A stretch of DNA of 64,000 bases from Actinomycetota bacterium. Lineage in GTDB: Bacteria > Actinomycetota > Nitriliruptoria > Nitriliruptorales > JAHWKO01. Both the position numbers and the translations under genes were made by a program. The notes below the pieces were generated by a model. It had not been told where the DNA came from and ran no database searches. It saw only the letters and a program-made list of their open reading frames with translations. Location: positions 54,013 to 118,012 of the forward strand of contig JAHWKW010000014.1 in NCBI GenBank assembly GCA_019347675.1. The letters are read 5' to 3'. Below are positions 36,239 to 45,176 of this stretch, piece by piece. Position 1 is the first letter of the stretch. Each line of letters begins with the position of its first letter.

Positions 36239-37545
36239 ATGACCGAGGACACGCTCGACAGCCGGGCGCACCCGCTGGACGACGCCGCCGTCGAAGCGCT
36301 GGCAGAGCGGCTCGCGGGTTCGCGCTACGTGCTCGTCGGGGAGGCCACGCACGGCACCCACGAGTTCTACGAGCTGCGCGCCGACCTCACCCGGCGACTG
36401 ATCGCCGACCACGGCTTCCACGCGGTGGCGCTGGAGGCGGACTGGCCTGACGCGGCCCGGCTCGACGGGTACGTCCGTCACCGCTCCGACGACGCCGACC
36501 CGCGAGCGGCCCTCGGCGACTTCACCCGGTTCCCGACGTGGATGTGGCGCAACACGGTGGTCGCCGGATTCGCTGCGTGGCTCCGCGAGCACAACGCGGG
36601 TCGCGACGTCCCAACCGGCATCTATGGGATCGATCTGTACAGCTTGTTCACGTCGATCGACGAGGTGTTGCGCTACCTCGACGCGGTCGACCCCGAGGCC
36701 GCGGAGCGGGCCCGTCTCCGCTACGGCTGCTTCGACCACGTCGGGGTGGACGGTCAGCGGTACGGGCACGCGACCGCGGTGGCGGGCCAGGAACCGTGCG
36801 AGGCCGACGTCGTCGAGCAGCTCGTGGAGCTGCGCCGCGAGGCTGACGTCTACGTCGGTTCCGACGGGCAGCTGCGCGAAGACGCCTTCTTCGATGCCGA
36901 GCAGAACGCGCGCCTGGTGGCCGACGCCGAGCGGTACTACCGGGCGATGTTCCGCGGCCGCGACGACTCGTGGAACCTGCGCGACACGCACATGGCCGAC
37001 ACCGTCGACGCGTTGGCCGAACACCAAGCCAGGCGCGCAGGTGACCCTCGGATCGTGGTGTGGGCACACAACTCCCACCTCGGCGACGCCCGTGCGACCG
37101 AGATGGGCCACCGCCGCGGTCAGATCAACGTCGGGCAGCTGCTGCGCGAACGCCACCCCGGGCAGGTCACCGCAGTGGGGTTCACGACGCACCGTGGACA
37201 GGTCGCGGCGTCGCAGTGGAACGGCCCGATGCTGCGCCAACGGGTCCGTGACGCGCTGCCCGGTAGCCACGAAGCTGTCCTGCACGAGGTCGCGTCCGAC
37301 CGGTTCTGGCTGGACATGCGCGACCCGCACGTGGCGGACACGTTCGGCGAGCCGCAGCTGGAACGGGCGATCGGGGTGGTCTACCGGCCGGAGACCGAGC
37401 GGATCAGCCACTACTTCAGCGCACATCTGCCGTCGCAGTTCGACGTCATGGTCCACATCGACGAGACCACCCCCTTGCAGCCCTGGACCCGACCAGTGCC
37501 TGGGAGTCGGGGAAGATCCCCGACACCTACCCGTGGGCGGTGTGA
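36239..37545 (+). pseudogene. erythromycin esterase family protein, C-terminal 20 codons out of frame (1-nt shift near 37470-37485)
   Basis: YVLVGEATHGTHEFY, FHAVALEADWPD and VVWAHNSHLGD are erythromycin-esterase motifs. After VHIDETTPLQP the family-like ending LDPTSAWESGKIPDTYPWAV-stop (TGA 37543-37545) is in the -1 frame. The annotated frame instead runs on to 37837 as Arg/Ala/Pro junk. Confidence 0.65.
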
Positions 37546-37570
37546 CGTCGGTCGGGGCGTGGAGCGGGCG

Positions 37571-37670
37571 CGGGCGCCGGCGCGCCAAACGTCAGCGGGG
37601 GCAGGCGCCGGGGCGGCAGCCCGGCGCCGGCGCGCCAAACGTCAGCGGGGGCAGGCGCCGGGGCGGCAGG
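37571..37670. repeat. 50-bp tandem duplication (2 copies, 48/50 identical, 47-bp perfect core)
   Basis: 37573-37619 is identical to 37623-37669 (ggcgccggcgcgccaaacgtcagcgggggcaggcgccggggcggcag). A 10-bp partial third start lies at 37674-37683. The repeat sits in the convergent spacer between the esterase and udgX stops. Confidence 0.9.
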
Positions 37671-37694
37671 CCCCCGGCGCCGGGGCCGCTGCGG

Positions 37695-38456
37695 TCACTC
37701 CAGCCGGTCGGCGAGCTCGTCCGCCAGCTGCCGCTTGGTCATCGACGAGCGGCCGGGGATGTCGGCGTCCTGCGCCTGCTCGTACAGGTCGTCCTTGGTG
37801 TCGTGCATCAAGCCGCCCAGGGCACCTTCGCGGATGACGTCGGCGATGCGCTGCAGATCGGCGACGAACGCCTCCCGCGCAGCGTGACGGTCCTCGTCGG
37901 ACGGGGCGCGCAGGATCGACGAGGGATGCACGGTGGCGGTGACCAGCGCGCCGTTGGGGCCGGGGTGAAGCTCCCCCCGCTGCCTGGTCACCCGGAACGA
38001 CGACCCGAGCAGCGCCTTGGCGGCAGTGGCACCGAGCGCGACGATCACCTTGGGCTGCACCGCCTCGACCTCGGCGTCGAGCCACGGGCGGCACGCCTCG
38101 ATCTCCTCGCGGTTGGGGGTCTGGTGGAGGCGCTTCCGCCCGCGCTGCTTCCACTTGAAGTGCTTCACGACGTTGGTGACGAACGTCTGCGTGCGGTCGA
38201 TCCCCACCCGTTCCAACGCGCGGTCGAGCTCGCGCCCCGCGGGACCGACGAACGGAGCGCCCTCGCGATCCTCCTGGTCGCCGGGCTGCTCGCCGACGAA
38301 CATGACGTCGGCGTCCCCCCCGCCGTCGCCGAACACGGTCTGGGTCGCGTCGCGGTACAAGCCGCAGCCCTTGCAGTCGGCCGCGGCCTCCTGCAGCTCG
38401 GACAGCTGGCGTGAACCAGGCACGTACGCAGCGGCGCTGGATGCTTCACCGTCCAT
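37695..38456 (-). CDS. udgX: UdgX-like family 4-related uracil-DNA glycosylase with C-terminal HeH/Rho_N-like extension
   Basis: CKGCGLY Fe-S ligands, motif A GEQPGDQEDREGAPFVGPAG, the UdgX-type insertion KHFKWKQRGRKRLHQTP (compare KRRIH), ACRPWL, and motif B HPSSILR. An extra tail reads DDLYEQAQDADIPGRSSMTKRQLADEL. Confidence 0.75.
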   Translation of the reverse strand: MDGEASSAAAYVPGSRQLSELQEAAADCKGCGLYRDATQTVFGDGGGDADVMFVGEQPGDQEDREGAPFVGPAGRELDRALERVGIDRTQTFVTNVVKHFKWKQRGRKRLHQTPNREEIEACRPWLDAEVEAVQPKVIVALGATAAKALLGSSFRVTRQRGELHPGPNGALVTATVHPSSILRAPSDEDRHAAREAFVADLQRIADVIREGALGGLMHDTKDDLYEQAQDADIPGRSSMTKRQLADELADRLE

Positions 38457-38632
38457 GGCGATCTCCCTGCGACGTCGATGGCGACCCTACGGCTGCGTCG
38501 CGACAGCGACGGACCGACGTTCGGGCGGGCCGGTGACGGACAGCTGCCAAGGATGCTCAGGTTAGCGACCGTGACTCCGCGTACGATGGATGAGTTAGGC
38601 GCGGAGGACCCGAAAGGTCGCCACGGAGGGGA

Positions 38633-38887
38633 CTAGCGCTCCGCGGTCGCCCCGGACCGATCGCCGCCGCCACCGGCCGTTGGGGCGCGTAGCGGCCCCA
38701 CGATCCCCACCAGACCACCCGCGACCGTCGCCAGGATGGTCGTGAACGCCGCCGGCGCTGACACGCCCGCGGCGATCATCCACACCCAGGCCACCAGTCC
38801 GATCACGAAGTACAACGTCAGCGCCCCGACGATCATCACATACAGCCAATCCTTCAGCCGCTCCAGGCCATCACCACGTGGATCCAT
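38633..38887 (-). CDS. hypothetical small membrane protein (84 aa, two TM helices)
   Basis: ATG 38887 has GGGAGG upstream. Two hydrophobic segments (LYVMIVGALTLYFVIGLVAWVWMIAAG and ILATVAGGLVGIVG). Confidence 0.5.
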   Translation of the reverse strand: MDPRGDGLERLKDWLYVMIVGALTLYFVIGLVAWVWMIAAGVSAPAAFTTILATVAGGLVGIVGPLRAPTAGGGGDRSGATAER

Positions 38888-38940
38888 CACTGGCCTCCCT
38901 TCGAGCCATACCCCAAGTCGAGCATCGGCTCGGTCCGTCG

Positions 38941-40146
38941 TCACGCGACTGCTTCCCGGTCGGATTGCAACGCTGCCGCCAGCGCGAACGGCATCGTCGC
39001 CGCCACGGCCGCCCCGACGGCGAAGGTCGCGGGCGACCCCACGGTCCCCGCGGCGTACCCGGAGACGACCGGTCCGATCGTCTGGCCGAGGCGAGCAGCG
39101 CCGACCCACAACGCGACCACCGTGCCGCGGCTCGCCGCCGGCGCGACGCTCGTCGCGACGTCCTGCAAGCCGGGGATGAGCAGACCCTCACCTGCCCCGA
39201 CCACCAACACCGCCGCCACCAGGTACGGCAGCGACGGTGCCCAGGCGACCCCCGCGTAGGCGACCGGGAAGAGCGCCGCTCCGGCGACGATCACGCGACG
39301 GCCCACGAACCGCTGGTGCAGTCGCCCAAGGAGGAGCGCAGCGACGGTCGACGTCACAGCGGGCAGCGCCAGGAGCAGCCCTCGCTGCGACGGCGTGAGG
39401 CCGAAGCCTTCCTCGGCGTAGATCGGCAGGACGGTGAGGCTCAGCCCGAAGATCAGCACGAACAACACGACCCCGACCGCCAGCACCCCCCGCACCATCC
39501 TGGTGCGCAGGTACGGCGCCGCTGCGGCGAGTTGCTGAGCGACCGTCTCGTCCCGCGTCTCGGTGGACGGGAGCCCGCGCCACGCCGCCGCGGCCGTGAT
39601 CAACGCCAACGGGTACAGCGCGAACGGGGCGCGCCACCCGGCCAGGTCGACCAGCGTCCCGCCGACCGGCGGGACCAGAGCCAAGGTGACGGTCAGGACC
39701 GCAGCGTTGCGTCCGATCAGCCGGGCCCGCTGCGTGCCGTCCCAGTGGTCGCCGATGATGACGACGGCCAGGTTGATGAGACCGGCCGAACCGGCACCCT
39801 GCACGACGCGGAGCGCCACCAGGACGGTGAGTGTCGGCGAGAGCCCGGCCAACCCTCCGGCCAGCCCGTAGAGCACCAGGCACGGGACCACGATCTCGCG
39901 CCGGCCGTACCGGTCCGCCAGCACGCCGATCACCGGTGCGAGCACGATCCCCGGAGCGGTGGCACCAGCGAGCACCAGACCGGCGAGGCGGCGTGACGCC
40001 TCCAGACCGTCGAGGATCTCGGGGAGCGAGGGGGTCAGCAGCGAGTTGACCGTGATGCCGGTGATCGTGATCGACGCGACGAGCAGGAACGATGGCCGCT
40101 GTGGGTGCCGCTCGTGCCGTGCTGGTTGCTCGTCGGTGGCCGCCAT
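38941..40146 (-). CDS. MFS transporter
   Basis: ATG 40146 lies 4 nt after the kinase stop. It has a GVLADRYGRR loop motif and about 12 TM helices. The remainder of track ORF 38941..40821 is an alternative frame of the kinase gene. Confidence 0.75.
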   Translation of the reverse strand: MAATDEQPARHERHPQRPSFLLVASITITGITVNSLLTPSLPEILDGLEASRRLAGLVLAGATAPGIVLAPVIGVLADRYGRREIVVPCLVLYGLAGGLAGLSPTLTVLVALRVVQGAGSAGLINLAVVIIGDHWDGTQRARLIGRNAAVLTVTLALVPPVGGTLVDLAGWRAPFALYPLALITAAAAWRGLPSTETRDETVAQQLAAAAPYLRTRMVRGVLAVGVVLFVLIFGLSLTVLPIYAEEGFGLTPSQRGLLLALPAVTSTVAALLLGRLHQRFVGRRVIVAGAALFPVAYAGVAWAPSLPYLVAAVLVVGAGEGLLIPGLQDVATSVAPAASRGTVVALWVGAARLGQTIGPVVSGYAAGTVGSPATFAVGAAVAATMPFALAAALQSDREAVA

Positions 40147-40150
40147 GGCG

Positions 40151-41302
<1,152 letters not shown>

Positions 41303-41371
41303 GGGCGTCTCGAACGTCGAGGGCGGTGGCAGGCTACGGGCGACGACCGCGGCGGTCGTGCAGCCGTGGGG

Positions 41372-42676
41372 TCACCGCGGCTGCGTGCCGATCCGCAACC
41401 CCACCCTGGGCACCGTCACGACCGGACCGGGGGTCGGTGGCTGCGTCGGCGTCGCCGTGGTCGGCTCGGGCTCCGGTTGCGTCTCGGGCGCCGGTTCCGT
41501 CTCCGGCGCCGGCTCCCGCTGCCGTGGCGTGCCGGGGGTCGGTGTGGCCTCCGGCTCGAGCGCCGGGGGTGGCTCTCCGGTCGCCTCCACGTCCGGTGGT
41601 GCCGGCAGGAACCGGTCGAGGCGGAAGTCCACGGTCGAGGCGATGAACCAAACAAGCAGCGCGGCGATCGCGACCACGATGAACCAGAAGATCGTCCGTT
41701 GCGTCCCGGCGGAGACGGCGTCGGGTGGTGCGACCACCACGCGGTGGCGTTCGGCGCTGCGGCGGGGCGGGCCGTGAGGGCCGACCGGGAGGGTCTCAGC
41801 CTCGCCGCGCGGCAGCAGTCGCGTCGCGTCCAGCGGGACGGCGGCGGCCACGGGCTCCTCGCCACGCTGGAGGCGGGCGAGGTCGTCGCGGAAGTCGCCG
41901 GCGTCGGCGTAGCGGTCGTCGGGGTCCTTGGCCAGCGCCCGCAGCACGACCGCATCGACGTCCGCGTCGACACCACCCACCCGCGCGGACGGGGGGCGGG
42001 GCGCCTGGTGCAGGTGCTGGGACACCACCGCCAGCGGTGAATCGCCGGCGAACGGCGGCATCCCGGTGAGCATCTCGTGGAGCACGCAGCCCAACGCGTA
42101 GATGTCCGCGCGGGCGTCGACGGGGTCGCCGCGGGCCTGCTCGGGCGCCATGTAGGGCGCCGAGCCGTACACGGCGTCGGTGACGGTCGCAGCGGCCACC
42201 GCGCGGGCGATGCCGAAATCCGTGACCTTCACGGTCCCGTCGCGCGCGATCATGATGTTGGCCGGCTTGATGTCACGGTGGACGATCCCACGGTCGTGTG
42301 CCGCGGCCAGCGCCGCGCAGACCTGGGCGGCGATCGCCACGCTGCGGCGGGGCGGTAGCGGGGCCTCATCGGCGACCAGCTGCTGCAGCGTGGGTCCGTC
42401 CACCAGCTCCATCACGATGAACTGTGTGGCGTTGTCCGAACCGGTGTCGTGGATCGCGACGATGTTGGGGTGTGTCAGCGATGCAGCGGCACGGGCTTCG
42501 CGGCCGAAGCGCTCCTGGAAGGACGCGTTCTCGGCGACCGCCGAGGACAGGACCTTGACCGCGACCGGCCGGTCGAGGAGGCGATCCTGGCCGCGGAAGA
42601 CCTCGGCCATCCCGCCGCGTCCGAGCCGCGCCGTGAGCTCGTACCGCCCGCCAAGCACCTCACCCGGTTGTGCCAA
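41372..42676 (-). CDS. Hanks-type serine/threonine protein kinase with TM helix and Pro/Glu/Thr-rich ectodomain
   Basis: GRGGMAEVFRG, VAVKVL, HRDIKPANIMI, DFGIA and APEQ motifs, plus a TM helix IFWFIVVAIAALLVWFIA. The tail contains EPAPETEPAPETQPEPEP repeats. No PASTA domain. Confidence 0.85.
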   Translation of the reverse strand: MAQPGEVLGGRYELTARLGRGGMAEVFRGQDRLLDRPVAVKVLSSAVAENASFQERFGREARAAASLTHPNIVAIHDTGSDNATQFIVMELVDGPTLQQLVADEAPLPPRRSVAIAAQVCAALAAAHDRGIVHRDIKPANIMIARDGTVKVTDFGIARAVAAATVTDAVYGSAPYMAPEQARGDPVDARADIYALGCVLHEMLTGMPPFAGDSPLAVVSQHLHQAPRPPSARVGGVDADVDAVVLRALAKDPDDRYADAGDFRDDLARLQRGEEPVAAAVPLDATRLLPRGEAETLPVGPHGPPRRSAERHRVVVAPPDAVSAGTQRTIFWFIVVAIAALLVWFIASTVDFRLDRFLPAPPDVEATGEPPPALEPEATPTPGTPRQREPAPETEPAPETQPEPEPTTATPTQPPTPGPVVTVPRVGLRIGTQPR

Positions 42677-42750
42677 CGCGTCCTCCAGCTAGCGGCGGCT
42701 GTCGGTGTACGGGTACCGCAGGCGGCGTGCGGGCGCACCGGGGGCGGCGG

Positions 42751-43341
42751 TCAGCTGGGCCGGAGTGCCGCGAGGTCGGCTGGGCGGTCGAGATCCACGG
42801 CGAAGGCGCCATCGGGGTCCGCGCCGGCCCAGATCTCGGGGCCGGCGATCCGCGTTCCGACGGTCGACAGCGCATGGGTGACGCTCCCGGTCCCGGACGC
42901 GAGCACCCGGCCGAGACAAGCGCTTGCATCCTTGGCGTAGACGCCGGGGAACGGCTGCACGCGGCCGTCGACGAGTGGGACCACCGCCGGTTCGCCTCGC
43001 CATGCGCTGGCCAGCGCGACCAGCACCTGAGCCGAGACGAACGGCTGGTCCACCGCCGCGACCGCGACCAGCGGCGTGTCGGCCGCTTCCAGGCCCGCCA
43101 CGATCCCGGCGAGCGGTCCGCGGCCCGGCGCCGCGTCGGCGACCTGCTCCCACGGCAGCGTTCCCAGCCGCCGACCGTCACCCGACGCGACGAGCACGCG
43201 GCCACACACACGCGACAGGCGCGACGCCACCCGCCGGACCAGCGGTTCACCGTCGAGCTCCAGCCACGCCTTGTCCTGGCCCATGCGGCGGCCAGCACCC
43301 CCAGCCAGGACGAGCCCTGTGAGCGCGGGAGCCGCACGCAT
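42751..43341 (-). CDS. mobA: molybdenum cofactor guanylyltransferase
   Basis: LVLAGGAGRRMGQDKAWL N-terminal nucleotide-binding motif. 196 aa. Confidence 0.7.
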   Translation of the reverse strand: MRAAPALTGLVLAGGAGRRMGQDKAWLELDGEPLVRRVASRLSRVCGRVLVASGDGRRLGTLPWEQVADAAPGRGPLAGIVAGLEAADTPLVAVAAVDQPFVSAQVLVALASAWRGEPAVVPLVDGRVQPFPGVYAKDASACLGRVLASGTGSVTHALSTVGTRIAGPEIWAGADPDGAFAVDLDRPADLAALRPS

Positions 43342-43367
43342 GCCGGCGGTTGCCGGGTCATCGACCT

Positions 43368-43381
43368 CGCGAACGTTCGCG
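43368..43381. promoter_or_regulatory. perfect 14-bp palindrome CGCGAACGTTCGCG upstream of mobA
   Basis: Self-complementary as read, located 27 nt upstream of the mobA ATG. Confidence 0.25.
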
Positions 43382-43499
43382 CGCAGACGCTCGCGTTCGT
43401 GTTGCCGCGCCGCGTCGTGGATGTACGTGCTCGTCGATCACTCCCGTATCGATAGGGAGGCGGAGCGTAGCGCCGGCCGTGATGACGACGCTGCGGTCC

Positions 43500-44021
43500 T
43501 CACTCGAGGGCGCTCACCTCGTAGCGGTCACCGTCGACCACGACCAGCACACCGGCGCCTTTGGAGACCGGCTCCAGCTCCTGCCCCGTCAGGCCGTACA
43601 CCGCAGCCTCGTTGGTGGGGCTGTGGCCCACGATCAGCGCGCGGCCGCCGTCGTCGAGCGAGTCGAGCACGCGCCGCAGCGCGTCACCGAGGACCTTGGC
43701 CTCCTGCTCGACGAAGTCGGCTGCGACCCGCTTGAAGTCGGACAGCGCCCCGCCACCGGCCTCCTGGTAGGCCTCCTTCCAGCGATCCTCGTGGTCCGAG
43801 CGCAACCCTCGCTCCACCACCACGCCGCGATCGACCCCTTGACAGCCCGCAGCGAGGAAGCACGCCGCGGTCTGCGTGGCCCGCTGCGCGCCGGTGGACA
43901 CGACCACCTCGTAGCGGTCGTGCAGGCGCCGGCCGACCTCCAGGGCGTGGCGGACCCCTTCGTCGGTGAGCACGTCACCGTCGTTGTCGGTGTGCCGTCG
44001 CAGTTCGAGTTGCTTGACCAT
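43500..44021 (-). CDS. histidine phosphatase family (SixA/PGAM-like) protein
   Basis: ATG 44021. LRRHTDNDG (RH catalytic motif) and IVGHSPTNE (second His). 173 aa. The upstream part of track ORF 43500..44411 is junk. Confidence 0.6.
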   Translation of the reverse strand: MVKQLELRRHTDNDGDVLTDEGVRHALEVGRRLHDRYEVVVSTGAQRATQTAACFLAAGCQGVDRGVVVERGLRSDHEDRWKEAYQEAGGGALSDFKRVAADFVEQEAKVLGDALRRVLDSLDDGGRALIVGHSPTNEAAVYGLTGQELEPVSKGAGVLVVVDGDRYEVSALE

Positions 44022-44155
44022 CGCCGGTCCCTCTCTCGTCGCTCGTTGACGAGGATGGCTGCTCGACCTCGACGTGGCAGACGCCACCCTCGGTCGACCG
44101 TCGACGCGTGCGACGTGAAATGTGCCACGCCTGTCGCCGCGTGCGGTGACGTAGC

Positions 44156-45124
44156 GTGGAGCGGATGTCGACCAGTCAACCGACCCGCACCCAGACGCCG
44201 GCGGCCCGGACCGCTGCGCCGCTGCCACCGTCCGCGACGGTCGCCGGGTTGGTGTTGGGCGTCGTCGCCGTGTCCTCCGCGGCAGTCCTGATCCGGGTCG
44301 CTGACGCACACCCGCTGGCGATCGCGTTCTGGCGCTGCCTGGGTGGGGCGGTGGCGCTGGGTCCGTTCGCGTTGCGTGCCCGCCGGGGGGCGCCGCCACT
44401 GGAAGCGGCACAGCGCCGGCAGATCGCCGGGGCGGGCGTGCTCCTGGCGGTGCACTTCGCGCTGTGGATCACGTCGCTGGACTTCACAACCGTCGCGTCG
44501 TCGGTGACGCTGGTGACCTTGTCGCCGGTGTTCGTCGGCGTGGGTGCCGCGGCCCTCCTGCGCGAGCCCCCGACCCGACGCGCCTGGATCGGCATGGCGA
44601 TCACCATGGCCGGGGCGTTGGTCATCGGCGTGGGCGACCTGTCAGACATCGCACTCGGCCGGGGCGCGCTGTTCGGTGACGTTCTGGCCTTCGGTGGGGC
44701 CATCGCCGTGGCCGGGTACCTCCTGGCGGGGCGGGCAGCGCGCCGCCGCCTCCCCGTCTCGGTGTACGCCGGCGGCGTCTACGCGGTGGCGGCCGTCATC
44801 CTGCTGCCCGCGGCCGTGGTCGCCGGCGCACGACTGACGGGGTACGGCGCCGTGACCTGGCTGGCCTTGCTGGCCCTGGTCGTCGGACCACAGCTGTTGG
44901 GCCACACGGTCTTCAACGCGCTGCTGTCGACGGTCACCGCCACGGTGGTGTCGATCGTCGTGCTCGCCGAGCCGGTCGGCGCGACCCTGCTCGCGTGGGT
45001 CTTCCTCGACGAGTTGCCCAGCGCCCTGTTCTGGGTCGGCGCCCCGCTGATCCTGGCCGGGGTCTTCACGGCGACCGCGCGCCGACGGGGCCCGGCCGCG
45101 CGCCCCGAACCGCCGCCGGCGTGA
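44156..45124 (+). CDS. DMT superfamily (EamA) transporter
   Basis: Ten hydrophobic helices in two EamA-like halves. The start is either GTG 44156 or ATG 44165. Confidence 0.75.
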   Translation: MERMSTSQPTRTQTPAARTAAPLPPSATVAGLVLGVVAVSSAAVLIRVADAHPLAIAFWRCLGGAVALGPFALRARRGAPPLEAAQRRQIAGAGVLLAVHFALWITSLDFTTVASSVTLVTLSPVFVGVGAAALLREPPTRRAWIGMAITMAGALVIGVGDLSDIALGRGALFGDVLAFGGAIAVAGYLLAGRAARRRLPVSVYAGGVYAVAAVILLPAAVVAGARLTGYGAVTWLALLALVVGPQLLGHTVFNALLSTVTATVVSIVVLAEPVGATLLAWVFLDELPSALFWVGAPLILAGVFTATARRRGPAARPEPPPA

Positions 45125-45176
45125 GCGCAGTAGCGTCAGCGTCACCGACCGTCTTCAGCGAGGTGGAGAGGACCGG

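Noticed and set aside
37546-37837. Read-through tail of track ORF 35894..37837(+) beyond the esterase domain.
   Set aside because: It is Arg/Ala/Pro-rich, crosses the 50-bp tandem repeat and overlaps udgX by about 140 nt. The family-like C-terminus is found in the -1 frame, ending at 37545.
41440-41560. Repetitive GC-rich DNA (gggcgccggttccgtctccggcgccggctcc), considered as a possible tandem repeat or contingency locus.
   Set aside because: It is the coding sequence, on the minus strand, for the EPAPETEPAPETQPEPEP low-complexity ectodomain linker of the second kinase. The copies are imperfect, which is ordinary for Pro/Glu-rich linkers.
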